A stretch of DNA of 64,000 nucleotides, taken from the NCBI RefSeq assembly GCF_009914755.1, contig NC_060929.1. One strand, written 5' to 3'. Every line of letters begins with the position of its first letter. Position 1 is the stretch's first letter. Made by a program: the position numbers and the translations under genes. The notes under the pieces are model-generated. The model made no database searches and was not told the origin of the DNA. It saw only the letters and a program-made list of their open reading frames with translations. Source of the stretch: the human T2T-CHM13v2.0 reference genome, Homo sapiens. Positions 1-13,125 of the stretch are shown here, one piece after another.

Positions 1-190
1 TGGGTTTCAACTTTAGATCTTCTACTTGTAGCTAGCTATGTGGCCTTGGCCAGGTCCTCTAACCTGTGTGAGCCTTAGTTTCCTCATCTGTAAATTGGAA
101 TGCTACCTACTTCCTAGGATGTTGTAAGAATCCCATGATTTAACGTGTATAATCCCTCAGCACAGTGCCTGTGGTCAGCATTTAATAGAG
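1..190 (+). mobile_element. MIR SINE (partial)
   Basis: MIR core: gagccttagtttcctcatctgtaaattgg ... cagcacagtgcctg. Confidence 0.8.
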
Positions 191-401
191 GATCGTTTTA
201 TTATTTTATTAATACCAGTGAGGAGGCTGTTGCTGAAGTCCAAGGGAGAGATGAAAGAGAGGCTGAACGAGGCTCGTGGCTGAGGGATGGAGGGCATCTG
301 TTTTCTCAGTGGCTCAAAGCCTATGATCCTCCCTCATAGGAGAACACGTTGCTTCCTTCCACAGCGGGAACTTGCTGAAAACCTGTCGGCTGGTGCCTGT
401 G

Positions 402-419
402 TGTCCTCTAGAGGGCAGT
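402..419 (+). promoter_or_regulatory. CTCF-like motif
   Basis: CCTCTAGAGGGCAGT (405-419) matches CCASYAGRKGGCRSY with one mismatch. Confidence 0.4.
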
Positions 420-1060
420 GGAGTCAAGGCTGAGGATGGAGCATTGTGTGCCCTCGGTTGGGGCTGGTCTGTGCGTTCAGCCTTTATTCCCTGTTCTGAA
501 ACCCAATTGTGTATTTGCATTGGACTGTCCCCTCCTCCTTGCTCTGTGTACTTGCTGACGCTTTTTGGAAAACACATCACAGGGCACCTCTGATTTCCTG
601 CTTGTCTTGTAGCCTGGGATTAGCAGTAGCTGAAGCGTGCTGCTTTCTGGCAGTTGTGTTTATTTCTCAAGGGCACAGGCTGTACAGATCATGGGGGCCT
701 GCTCCCTGCAGCTCAGCTGAGCCTAGGATGAACCACAGTTGCTCTTATGCCAGTTAAAAACTTGGGGCCTGTTCCATCTTGCATTTCCTCCCCCGCTTCC
801 CAGTCCTCGCCCGCACCCTTTGATCCTGTGAGTGGAGAAATGAAGAGAACTCCAAATCCTTAATCCATTTTGAAGGCCGGCTGGCAGCAGGGCTTTCTGT
901 GGGCCTGGTAAGCAGCCCTAGTTGAATCATTTTAGAGAAGGGCAGGTATTCTTTCAAGGTTATAGAAAGAAAGAAAAAAAAAAAAACCAGAAGCACATTT
1001 ATAATATTGGACAGTATACCTTGTCCCAAGCCCTGTACATTTGCTTTATTCCATAATAAT

Positions 1061-1066
1061 AATAAA
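1061..1066 (+). terminator. Candidate polyadenylation signal AATAAA
   Basis: Canonical hexamer with upstream TGTA and downstream GT-rich element. Confidence 0.35.
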
Positions 1067-1094
1067 AGGTACTAGTGACAGCAGCGTCCGCTCA

Positions 1095-1280
1095 CTGATT
1101 GTGTGGTAGGAGCCAGGTACTATGCTAAGTGATTTTCATGTGTTAACTCTTCTAAGCCCGGTAACTGCCCGTGAGATTATTAATCCTGCAGAAACTGAGG
1201 CTCAGGGAGGTCCCAGTAACACACATCGGGCCAAAGAATGGTGCTATTAGAAATTCAGACCAGTGTGTCTGACTCCAGTT
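1095..1280 (-). mobile_element. MIR SINE
   Basis: cagaaactgaggctcagggagg ... tctgactccag, antisense MIR core. Confidence 0.7.
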
Positions 1281-1429
1281 TGCTAAAAACCTGCCTGCTG
1301 TCCAAGCTCCAGAATCACTGGGCATGGTCGATTCCATTTTTAGCCCAGCTCTTTCCAAAAGACATTAGGCATTAGACAGGAGAAGGCCATGGTTTTTACA
1401 AAGCAGTCTGTTTAGTATTCATGATCCTA

Positions 1430-1690
1430 TAGCATAAGATTCAGTTAAGAGCAGGGATTCAGAGCCAGATTGCCTGGGTTCAAGTCCTGGCTCTGCCACT
1501 TACCATCTTTGCAACCTTGGGCAAATTCTTTGATGTCTGAGCCTTAGTTTTTTCATTTGTAAAATGGGGGATAATGGTAGCCACCTCATTGGTTTTCTCT
1601 GAGGGTTAAATGAGTTAATATATGTAAAGTGCTTAGATTAGTGCTGGGCACTAAGTAATACCTCAGTAGATGGTAGCTATTGTCATCATC
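1430..1690 (+). mobile_element. MIR SINE, near full length
   Basis: gcctgggttcaagtcctggctctgccactta ... tgtaaaatgggggataat ... tgtaaagtgcttag. Confidence 0.85.
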
Positions 1691-2296
1691 ATCATTATTC
1701 TTAACCATTATGCTGTATTCACCCATATATTCTCAGTGCCTGACTTATATTAGGGGTTGGTGAATATTGAATAAAATGATCCTTTGGATTCAGATTTTTT
1801 TTTTTTTTTTTTGAGTTGGCGGGTGCCAGGAGCTAGCTTGATATAAAAATGAATCAATGTTAGACCCTTTCCTCAGGACTTCTCAGTCTGGTTGGAGAGG
1901 CCAGGCATGTGTGTGAATTACTGTAAAAGGCAGAAACATACCATGGAGGTCCTGATGTGGGTGAAAGCACTTTTGGACTGGGGTGCAGGCCATGGGCCAG
2001 CTTCAGAGGAGGTGGCTTTGGAATTAGGCCTTGAAAGGTGGAAGGAGGAGGAGGGGAAGAGTGGGTTAGACTAGAGAATTCAGGCTTCTCTTGGGCCTCA
2101 TATACCAATAAGTTCACAAATGAACATTGAGTCAGATTGGGTTTTTATTCATTCAGCAAATATTCATCGAGGATGGTTGGAATCAGGCACTGAGACATCG
2201 TGATGGCTTTGAACTAGGCCCTGCCCTCAAGTGCCCTGGGTCTAATGGGACAACAGCCAAGGAAACAAGTGATGGTTATTCAGTGTGATGAGGGGC

Positions 2297-2825
2297 AGTA
2301 TTGACTTGGAGCCTCTCAGATGTGGGTGAGAGGCACCCGAGTCAGACTGGTTTAAGCAGAAAGGAAATTCACACTGGCTCATTTACCTGGAATATATTCA
2401 AGTGTGGCTGGATTCGGGGGTCTCAAAATATGTCTTTAGGAAACTGCTTGCCTCTTTCCCCTGCTTTTCTCTGTGTTGGCTTCACTCTTTGGCAGATTGT
2501 CCCTTTGCAGTGTCACAGGTGGCCTCCGGCAGCTCCTGGCTTCCAAGTCACCAGCTCAGGGAACCCCAGCAGAAGGAGGATGCCTCTTGATCAGTAGTTT
2601 CCTCTGGAGTTGTGGAATTGAATATCACAGGACACTGTCAGTCATATGCATCCACCATGGCTGCAGGGATTGCCTGCCCACCCCTGCGAGGAGTACAGAG
2701 ATACAGGGCATATTAGTTTTGCCCAAATCACATGAGCTGAGGTGGGTGGTGGGGGGAGGGAACTGTTATTTCACAAAGAAAATTCAGATGCTGTCACCAG
2801 GCAAAACCCACAGATGTCCACTACA
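2297..2825 (-). mobile_element. MaLR LTR, MLT1K/J-like
   Basis: Right end reads TGTAGTGGACATCTG on the - strand, the MLT1K-type start; diverged body. Confidence 0.6.
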
Positions 2826-4069
2826 GCTACCACCATGGAACAGAATAATTCACCCATTAAGCACCTGGCTTGGGACTCCAGTTCCCAGGGATGGAATCCC
2901 AGCTCCACCATTTACAAGTTGTGTGACTGTGGCTGGGTCACTTCACCTGTCAGCCTGAGTCTCAGTGTCCCATCTGCACAATAGGAGTGATGGCCCACAC
3001 TGCCAGCTTGAATCAACGTGAAAGCACCTTGCAAAGAGTCCAGGCAGGCTCAGGCAGGCGGCACTGCAGTTTGGGGTGGCATGAACTATGATGTCTCTGG
3101 CATGTTATCCGACCAGTTCCAGGGCAGCTGTCTGCAGAAAGCAGCCGGTCGTAGCACAAAGAGTCAGGCTGTCCTGGGTTCAAAGCCTGAACCTCCCACT
3201 TACAAGCTACATGTTCCTTCATGATAATCACCTTTCCTGCCTCCCAGGGTTGTTGGAAGTGTCAAGGGGACATGTAGACAGCCTGGCACACTTTGTTCTG
3301 GGAGTGGTGATAGCTGTGTTCATAGTACAATTGCTACTCCACAGCATGCCAGGAGTCCAGGTGTGAATCTAACGGGACAGACCCCATACTCTGTGAACAA
3401 AAGCCCATCTTTCTGGATAAAGGGTACATTTGGCCAGCAGCCAAGGGCCCTGGGAAGGCTTTGTGCAGACCGGCCCTTCCCTCCTTCCATTCAGCGAGAG
3501 GTGGGTACAGCCTCACGGAGGTTCATGTTTCACTATTAATTACCCCCCAGGCTCTTTTATCAGCCTGTCTCTCATTCCCACCACAAGGCTGTCAGCCAGA
3601 CAGTTGGAACAGAATCTCATTTGGAGTGTGTTTGCTCTTCTCCCCCATTGCTGGCAGAGATCTGGGATCAGCTCTGCATTAGGACAAGTTGTAAGTAAAC
3701 ACACATTTGCTCAAATGTGGCCCTCGTCCCATTCTGTAGCCTTATCTTAGATTTGGGCAGCTTCAAATCAGGGAGCCAGTGTATTTGGAAAATACCTAAA
3801 AGTGGTTTAATTCAACCTACCCACTTTACAGAAGAGTAAATGGAAAATTGGAGGTTAGGTCGCTCATGTTTATATGAACTATTGAGGATACAGATAGAGC
3901 TGGAAATCAGGTCTTCCAACTGTTAGTCCAAAACTTTTCCCACAAAAACCTGGCGCTTCCCTCCAGTAGCACATATTGAACATCTACTAGTATATTCCAG
4001 GCCCTCTTCTAGGCCCTATAAAAACAGAGTTGAATAAGAAATAATCTCTGCCCTTGAAATGCCTAGGAA

Positions 4070-4270
4070 CTTTCCATTCATTCATCCATCCCTTTGTACG
4101 TTCATGTTTCTGTCCATGCAATCACTGATCTGGTGTTTGTCTTATCTGTTCATCTCACTACCCATCCATCCCCCCATTCGTCCTTTATCTACTCATTTTT
4201 CCATTTGTCTCCTCTCTCCATCCATCCATGAGTACATCTGTTTATCTCTTTATCCATTCATCCAGCCATC
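4070..4270. repeat. Degenerate (TCCA)n-like low-complexity tract
   Basis: Repeated ccatccat/catc motifs. Confidence 0.7.
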
Positions 4271-5180
4271 AGTGTGTCTATAAGGCCCAAGTCCTAGGCT
4301 GTGCTGGGATGGAGATAAGTAAGAAACAATCTTTGCTGTTTAGGCTTTTACATCCAGTGCAGACAGACACAGAAACCTGCCTCAAAGGATGTATAAAAGG
4401 CTCTCGTACACAAGAAAGGACTTGCAATTCTGCCTCGTATTTCTGTGAAGGCTTCATTCTAAGGGTTGAAATAGTGCTGCATCTGGATAGGAGTTTCCCA
4501 GTGGGGAAGATGGGGAAGAACCTAGGCTGAGGGAACAACAGGAGCAGGGGCGTGAGGCTGTCCGGTGGGTGTAGGAGGAAGAGGAGTTTCGTGTCATTTG
4601 ATGACTCCTTCAAGGAGCAAACTGGCCAGTTATAGTCAAGAGGGGTTGTCAAAGCCTATTTGGAGAGGACCTTGAATCCCAGAGCCAGAATGCCACCCTA
4701 TGCGCGTTTGGGAGGCACTGTAAGATTTTCAGCAGGAAGTGACATAGGTAGGTGAGCATTTCAGAGAGACCACTCCAGGCAGTAGGATTAGAGGCAGAGG
4801 GACTCAAGTGTGAGGAGTGTTTAGAGCCTGTTCTGACAGCCTTAGGACAGTTGACATCCTGCCTGAATCAAGGTGTCCATAGCAGAGATGGGGCCTGCAG
4901 GGTGGGGTTTGAGCGACATGTGGAGAAAGTAGAACTTGAATGGTGATGTCAGAGATGTCTGACTGGGGCCGGAGGGGTGGAGGGAGGGGGTATAGATGAC
5001 AATGCCATTTGCTTAGCTAAAGACCACAGGAGAAAGGGTTGTGGGGGATGCTGCAACAGTAATGCATTCAGTTTTAGACGAGCTGCATTCGAGGTGTCTG
5101 TGGGATAGCTGGGGAGACGTTGAGGATGCAGTTAATTATAGGATCTGGAGCTTGTGAGAGATGGGGCTGGGGGGAGCCAG
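4270..5180 (-). mobile_element. L2 LINE fragments
   Basis: Diverged antisense L2-type sequence (gattttcagcaggaagtgacat, attcagttttagac, tctggagctt). Confidence 0.55.
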
Positions 5181-5908
5181 TGAGACATCTGGAGTGTGGA
5201 GAGTGCTGACTGCGCGCAGAGCAGCAGAGGCAAAGCCGGAGTGGAGGCCTGGCATGGACCTTCTTATTAAAGGCATGGACCTTCTGGACTGCAGCAGGCT
5301 GTCCCAGAGAGGGAGGAGAGCGAGGAGTGTGTGAATTTTGCTAATTGTACTGTGGTTATGTACACTGTTGGCATTAGGGGGATCTGAGGGAAGGGTGTTT
5401 GGAAATAATGTGTGTTGTCTTTGCAACACTTCTGTAAGTGTAAGATAATTTCAAACCAGAAGTAGATTGTACTGGGTGCAGCAGTGCCTGCTTTACTCCT
5501 GTGTTATGTTTTTAAATGCCTTTTTTGATTTACATATTGACATGCAATAAATTACACATGTTGAAAGTGTGTGATAAGCATACGATAGTTTGATAAGTTT
5601 TGACATACATATTCTCTCATGAAACCCATCACTGCAGTCAGGGTAGTGAATACACCTGTCACTTACAGACAGTTCCTCATATCTCCTTGTCATTTCTCTC
5701 TGTGCCTGCACCTCTCCCTGCAATAGACAACTGCTGATCTGCTTTGCGTTACTGTGGTTAGTTTGTCTAGAGTTTTGTATAAATGGAATCATACAGCATG
5801 TACTCTTTTTAAAATTACTACTTAAAAAATTGAGGTAAATTATATATTTAATTTACCATCTTTACCATTTTAAAGTGTCTAGTTCAGTGGTAATAAATAG
5901 ATTTATAA

Positions 5909-6223
5909 GGTCGGGCACGATGGCTCATGCCTGTAATCCCAGCACTTTGGGAGGCCGAGGGGGGCAGATCACCTGAGATCAGGAGTTCGAGACCAGCCTG
6001 GCCAACACGGTGAAACCCTGTCTCTATTAAAAATACAAAAATTAGCCAGGCGGCATGGTGGAGCATGCCTGTAGTCCCAGCTACTCAAGAGGCTGAGGCA
6101 GGAGAATCGCTTGAACCCAGGAAGTGGAGGTTGCAGTGAGGCAACATTGCACTACCGCACTCCAGCCTGGGTAACAGACCGAGGCTCCATCTCAAAAAAA
6201 ATTTTTTTTAATTATAAAAATAA
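5909..6223 (+). mobile_element. AluS (Sx/Sz-like), inside an L1MA 3' fragment
   Basis: Dimeric Alu; TSD aataaata(g/c)atttata. Confidence 0.95.
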
Positions 6224-7791
6224 AATAAATACATTTATATGTATATTTTCTCCCATCATCACCTCTCTTCCTTCCCCTTCCCAGCCTCTGGTAACAACCA
6301 GTCTACTCTCTATCTTCATGAGATCCACCTTTTTAGCTCCTGCATATGAGTGAGAACATGCAATATTTATCTGTTTATGCTTGGCTTATTTCACTTAACA
6401 TAATGACCTCTAATTTCATTTATGTTGCTGCAAATGATAGGATTTCATTCTTTTTTATGGCTGAATAATACTCCATAGTGTATTTTTGGTGGAATCTTTA
6501 AATTTTTTTCTAGGTATAAGATCATGTCCTTCGCAAACAAGGGTAATTTGACATCTTCCTTTCAGATTTGGATGCCTTTTACTTCTTTTTCTTGCCTAAT
6601 TTCTCTGACTCAGCATGTACTCTTCTGTCTTGCTCCATTTAGTCAGCATAATTATTTTGAGATTCATCCATTTTGTTTCTTGCAAAAATAGTTCATTTTT
6701 ATTTCCGCAGAGTATTCCATTGAATGGATATATCACAATTTGTTTATCCATTTAGCTGTTGGTGGCCATTTGTTTCCAATATGGGGCGGTTACAAACAGC
6801 TTCTATGAACATTTGTGTACAAGTCTTTGTACGGATATATATTTCCTCTTCTCCTGGGCAGACACCTAGGAGTGTGATGGCTGCATCATATGGTAAGTGT
6901 ATGTTTAACTTTACCACCACGAGAGTGCCATTTCCCCCACACCTTCGCCAACACTTGTTATAGCCAGTCTTTTTATTGAAGCCATCCTAATGGGCATGTA
7001 ATGGTATCTCACTGTGGTTTTAATTTGCATTTTTCTAATGACTTACATTGTAGAGCATTTCTTCATGTGCTTATTTGCCATCTGTATGTCTTCTTTGGTG
7101 AAATGCCTATTAAAATATTTTGACCGTTTTTTAAAATTAGCTTGCTTGTTTTCTTATTGTTGAGTTTTGAAAGTTCTTTGTTTATTCTGAATATAAATGT
7201 TTAATCAGATATATTCTTCACGAATATTTTCTCCCTGTCTGTGGCTTGTCATTTTATTTTTTAAAGTGTCTTTCAAAGTGCAGAAGTATGTAATTTTGAT
7301 GAAGTCCAATTTATTTATTGAGATCCAGAATACATAAGGAACTCATGTACAAGAACTTTGTTCTTTTATGGATCATGCTTTTGGTGTCAGATATTAAAAA
7401 ATCTTTGATATGATATTCAAGGCCAAATATTTTTTTCTGTGTTTTCTTCTAGAAATTTTATAGTTTTAGGCTTTACATTTAGGTCTATGATCCATTTTTT
7501 AGTTAATTTTTTATAGATGATTACAAGTATGTATCCAAGTTTGTCTTTGTGCATATGGATATCCGGTTGTCCTAACACCATTTGTTAAGAAGGCTGCCTT
7601 TTGTCTACTGCATTTCCTTTGCAGTTTTGTCAAAAATTCGAATATGTATGGATTTATTTGTTGACGCTTCCTTCTGTTTCACTGATCTGTGTGGCTATTT
7701 TGATGCCGATACCATACTGCCTTGATTAATGTAACTTTATGATTCTTGAAATCTGGTAGTCCTAACCCTTCAACTTTGTTTTTTCAGAGGG

Positions 7792-7801
7792 GTGTGTGTG
7801 T

Positions 7802-7840
<39 letters not shown>
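7792..7840. repeat. (TG)n microsatellite
   Basis: Direct reading. Confidence 0.95.
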
Positions 7841-7842
<2 letters not shown>

Positions 7843-7989
7843 AGTTCTAGCTTCTTTGCATCTCCCTATGACCTTTATAATTAGCTTGTCAATTTGTAAG
7901 AACAGCTTCCTGATACTTTAACTGGGGTTATGTTGAATATATGCAACAATTTGGGGAGAATTGATATGTTAATAATATTGACTCTTCTT

Positions 7990-10265
7990 TTAAAAATTGA
8001 TTTATAGTATTTGTACATATTTATGGGGTTCATGTGATATTTTTGATAGGGCCAGGAGGCAGAGAAATTCCAGGCAGAAAAGGGCAGGGTCCCTGGCAAG
8101 GGCCCCACCCTCAAGCCTGACCCAAAGTGAGAACTTTACATCCCCGTTTTCCTGCTTGAATGTTGCCTTTTCCAAAACCACCCCTGGCCCACCCTGCACC
8201 CCCATCCCCTATCCATAAAAACCCCAGGCTTCACTGGCAGAGGGCAGAGAAAGGGAGAAGAGAAGAAGCAGCTGAACATCAGAGAGAAGCAGTTTGACTT
8301 CAGAGGAATGGCTTGATGGTGGGACTTTGGAGAAAAACACCTTCCTGCTCCATCCCCTTTCTAGCTCTCCTTCCCACTGAGAGCCACTTCCATGGGCAAT
8401 AAAATCCTCCATATTTACCACCCTTCAATTTGTTCGTGCAACCTGATTATTCCTGGATGCTGAATAACAGCTCAGGAGCTACGGGTGTGAACACTAAAGG
8501 CTGTCACACTGACCCTCTGCCCTCACTGGTGGAGAGCAACCACTTCACGTGAAAAGGCAGAGGGCCCACTGAGCTGTTCAACACTTAAGCTGTCTGTGGA
8601 TGGCAAAGCTAAAAGAGCACACTGTAACACACGCCCTCTGGAGCTTCAGGGATCACAAGTACTCCCCACTTGATGCTGCCTTGGGCCTGCACGGTGTTTT
8701 GCTCCTGCTGGCACCCAGAAGCACTCACCTTGGCTCGGCTCCTGTACCTCATCACCTGCGTGCTGCCCCTCCCATGAGGGGTTGAGAGCTGCAGGCTAAG
8801 TGAGCACCCTTGTCATGAGGCCTGCAGAGGGTTTAGGGAAAATTTCCTGTTTCATTTTGTTATATGCATAGACTGTTTAATGATCAAACGAGGGTGTTTG
8901 GGGTATCCATCCCCTCAAGTATTTATCATATCTATATCTTGGGAACATTTCAAGTCCTCTCTTCAAGCTATTTTGAAATATAAAACACATTGGTAACTGT
9001 AGTCACCCTACTCTGCTATAAAACATTAGAACTTCTTCCTTCTATAAAACTATATGTTTGTAACCATTAACCAACCTCTCTTTATCTCCCTGCACCACAC
9101 TTACCCATCCAAGTCTCTAGTGTCTATCATTCTGTTCTCTACCTCCACGAGATTAACTTTTTTAGCTCTTACATTTGAATGAGAATATGGGATATTTGTC
9201 TTTCTGTGCCTGGCTTATTTTACTTAACATAATGACCTGCAGTTCTATCCATGTTGCTGCAAATGATATGATTTCATTTTTTTGACCAAATAGTATTCCA
9301 CTGTGCATATATACCACATTTTCTTTATTCATTTGTCCACTGATGGATACTTAGGTTGATTCTATATCTTTGCTATTGTAAATAGTGCTTCACTAAGCGT
9401 GGAGTTCAGGTATCCTTTTGATAAACTGATTTCTTTTCCTTTGGATAAATACCCAGTAGTGAGATTGCTAGACTGTATGGCATTTCTGTTTTTAGTTTTT
9501 TGAGAAATCCCCATACACTTTTCCATAGTGGCTGCTCTATTTTGTGTACCCACCAACTGTATAAAAGTTCCCTTTTCTCTACATCCTCACTGTCATCTGT
9601 TACTTTTTGTCACTTAGTAATAGCCATTCTGACTGGGCTAGGAGAATATCTCATTGTGATTTTGATTTGCATTTCCCTAATGATTAGTGATGCTGAGTGT
9701 TCTTTAATATACCTGTTGACCATTTGTAAATGTCTATTCATGTCCTTTGTCCACTTGTTAATGGGACTTTTTATTTTTTTACTGTCGAGTTGTTTGAGTT
9801 CCTTGTACATTCTGGATATTCATCTCTTGTCAGATGGACAGTTTGCATATATTTTAATCCCATTCTGTGGGTTGTCTTTTCACTTTGTTGGTTGTTTTCT
9901 GTGCAGAAGCTTTTTAGTTTAATATAGTCCCACTTGTCTATTTTTATTTTTGTTGCCTGTGCTTTTGAGGTCTTAGCCACAAAAATCTCTGTCTAGACCA
10001 ATATCCTGAAGTGTTTCCCCTGTATGTTTTCTTCTAGTAGTTTTATAGTTTTAGGTCTTATGTTTAAATCTTTAATCCATCTTGAGCTGATTTTTGTATA
10101 TGGTGAGAGATGGGGTCCAGTTTCATTCTTCTGCATATGGATATCTAATTTTCCCAGCACCAGTTATTGAATAGGGTGTCCTTTCCTCAGTGTATTTTCT
10201 TGGCATCTTTGTCAAAAATCAGTTGGCTGTAAATACGTGGATTTATTTCTGGGTTCTCTATCCTG
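7990..10265 (-). mobile_element. L1MA 3' portion, interrupted by a solo LTR
   Basis: L1MA 3' UTR plus ORF2 C-terminal remnants (ORFs 9610-9810 and 9771-9980, e.g. [13 protein letters not shown]). Confidence 0.85.
8044..8854 (+). mobile_element. ERV1 solo LTR, LTR1/LTR28-like
   Basis: TG...CA termini (TGATAGGGCCAGGAGGCAG ... TTTCCTGTTTCA), 4-bp TSD tttt, host L1MA rejoins exactly, AATAAA at ~8398. Confidence 0.8.
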
Positions 10266-11929
10266 TGATAATTCTTAACCAATAACAAGGTATGTCTCCA
10301 GGTTTACGGTTGTCTTTTTTAATACTTTAAATATATTGCTACATTGTTTGTCTTCTTGCTTGCATTGTTTCTGATGAAAAATTTGTGTTATCTTCATCTT
10401 TATCCCTCTATATGTGACATTTTCCCCTCTATTTTAAGATTTTCTTTATTACTGGTTTTGAACAATTTTATTATGATGTGTCTTGGTGTAGTTTTATTGA
10501 TGTTTCTTGTTCTTGGAGTTTATTGAGCTTCTTGGATCTGTGGGTTTGTGGTTTTCATCAAATCTAGAAAATTTAGGATGTTATTTCTTCAAATATTTTT
10601 CTGTGTATTCTTTTCTTCAGGAACTTCAGTTGCATGTATATTAGGTTGTTTGAAGTTGTTCCATGGTTTACTGGCATTCCTTTCGTTTTTTAAGCCATTT
10701 TTCCTTTGTGTGATTTATTTTGGATAGTTTCTATTGCTGTGTCTTTAAGTTCACTAATATTTTCTCCTGCAATGACTAATCTGCTGTTAATCCCATATAG
10801 TATATTTTCCATTTCAAACATTGCAGTTTTCATCTCTAAAAATTCAATTTCGGTCTATAAAAATATACCTTCCATGTGTCTGGTTAACTTTTTAAAAATA
10901 TGGAATATTTTCAAAATATTATAATATAATACAATATGCTAAAATATAGTAACATAATGTCCTTCTTTGCTTGTTCTGATATTCATGTTAGTTCTAGATT
11001 GGTTATGATTGATTTTTTGCCTTATGGGTTATGTTTTCCTGCTCTTTTTTATGCCTATTAGTCTCTTATTGGATGTCATGCATTGTGAATTTTACCTTGT
11101 GTTGCTAGCTATTTTAGTATTCCTAAAAATGTTCCTGAGCTTTGTTTTAAAAAGCAGTTAAATCATTTGAAAACAGTTTATTTTTTTGTCTTGCTTTGAA
11201 GATGAGTTGTACAAGACCATAGCTGTATGTGGTGTTGGGCTGGTTATCCCTCACTATGAAGGCAAGCCTCTGAGTACTCTACTGAATGCCCTGTGGAGCT
11301 TGGGGCTTTACAATCTGGCTGGTAGGAACGGGCGCTATTCCTGGCCCTCAGAACCTGAAGCTGTTCCCTCAGGTGCCCTTGAATGTTTTTTTCCCCTGGC
11401 CTTGGATAGTGCATGTACTGCTCAGTGCTTTGCTACATACTCTGGGGGACTCGTCAGGTAGCTCCAGAGTTCTCTGTGTAGCTGTATACTCTTTAGAATC
11501 TGCGCTGCACACTGCAGACACCTAAGTATCTACAGACTTCTGTCTCCCAACTCAAATTTTGCAGACCTCTGCCTTGCTTCTCTCCCTCCCTGCCCTACAG
11601 CCTGGACACTCCAGGCAGCGAGGCAGGGCAGCTGTAGGCTCACTTTGTTTGTTTTCTGTCTCACAGGGATTATTGTCATTTGTTGCCTGATGACCACTGG
11701 CCTGAAAACTGTTGTCTCGTGTATTTTTTTTTCTGGCTTTTTGGTTGTGTCAGGTAAGAGTAAATCCATACCCTGTGACACCATCTTGCTAGAAGTAGAA
11801 GTGTTACCTTTTTAATATATTATTTTTCCTTCAAAACCCACATTAGAAGGAACTTTCCTCTGTAACAACAACCGACAACTTGACAAAGTGTGTTCCCATT
11901 GTCCTGTGATTGCTCTGCTTTTCAAAGTA

Positions 11930-12050
11930 AGCCTGCGAGGTGGGTGTCATGTCATCCCCATTTTACAGATAAGGGGACAGAACCTCAGAGAGGTGAAGAG
12001 ACTTGTTCAAGGTCACACGGTCTATAACGGCAGAGCCAGGATTGAACCCA
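11930..12050 (-). mobile_element. MIR SINE
   Basis: atccccattttacagataagg ... aaggtcacac. Confidence 0.75.
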
Positions 12051-12961
12051 TGTCCCCATTATACTTGTAGTTCCCACAGGGGAGACAGAACCACATGAAG
12101 GGTTGGCATCACCATAGTTTTTTTTGGGAGAGGTCAATAAAGGTGGGCTCAGAGAGTAATATATCAAGGCCTACGGGGCTAATGAGCCCAGGAGTTTGTG
12201 GAGAGTCAGAGATCTCCATGAGTTGTTTTCCTAATGCCCCCTTCCCACACCCAACCCCTTCAGATAAAGGAGTGTGCCTTCTACCTCATGCATCCATCCA
12301 GACAGGAGAATTGGGCTTTTTGCCAGGGCTGTAGACCTGGAGGTGTGGAACTTGGCCTGGCTTTGTGGGCTTTCATGGAAAGTGGAGAAGAGGGATTAGG
12401 GAAGAGGCAATGGATAAGAAGTACTGGTTGCTCAGGTTGGGGTGGTCAGGGAGGTGAGGGGAGGGAGAAGGGAGTACCAGAAGGCCAGTGGGTAGGCTTG
12501 CAGGAGCTGTGGGTGGATGGCGTGGCCCCAGGGGACAGGAGCTAGGTCCAGCCGGCTCCCACTGTCTTCTGGCTTGTAGGATTATCTCTGCTCCTCCCCC
12601 TTTCTCTGAGTGAGAAAGGTGGGAAATAAAATAATGAAGCCGTGAGTAGGTGAGGTGTTAGGGAGACAGCTTGCCAGGGTGGGCAGCACAGATGACTGGT
12701 GGGTGGGGAGGGAGGTGGTGGGAGGTTAATGTGCAGATCCTCAGATCTCCGAGAAACAGGGTGGAAGGGAGTCAGTCTGGTGTGCAGAGTTGCAGGTGGG
12801 GACAATAGTGGGTGATACCCAAGGCACAGGTGGTTTCCTGGGAAGAAGGTGATGTGGTCTTTTCTTGGCTATGGAGGAGATTTTGAAATGTACTTGGGTA
12901 ATTTGTTTTTAGTCAAATTTCCTTCTGACTGGGTTATTTAAAGTGTAGAATAGAATGGAAC

Positions 12962-13125
12962 ATAATAGCTACCATTTATTAAGTATCTACCGTATGCTTG
13001 GAATGCATTTCACGTGCATCAACCCACTTCATATCACATTTACCCTGTGAGGTAGGTTCTGTTACTAATTCCATTTACAGGCGAGGAGTCTGTGTCTCAG
13101 GGATATGGTGGCTAGTTCAAGCCCC
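12962..13125 (-). mobile_element. MIR SINE
   Basis: agctaccatttattaag ... ccctgtgaggtagg ... ccatttacag. Confidence 0.7.

Larger units (their letters stand above)
365..1082 (+). other. Candidate terminal exon / 3' UTR of an unidentified + strand transcript
   Basis: Branch-like CTCAT 333-337, acceptor ttgcttccttccacAG ending at 364, repeat-free body, TGTA 1034-1037, AATAAA 1061-1066, GT-rich tract 1096-1107. Confidence 0.35.
5520..11803 (-). mobile_element. Ancient L1 (L1MC/L1MD-type), internally deleted and interrupted by younger elements
   Basis: 3' UTR at ~5520, ORF2 remnants 6600-7980, 5' region 10280-11803 ending ccatcttgctagaagtagaagt (ACTTCT..CAAGATGG start on -). Confidence 0.75.

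Noticed and set aside
5251-5285. 14-bp direct repeat ggcatggaccttct separated by 7 bp
   Set aside because: Trivial micro-duplication with no insert of recognisable origin
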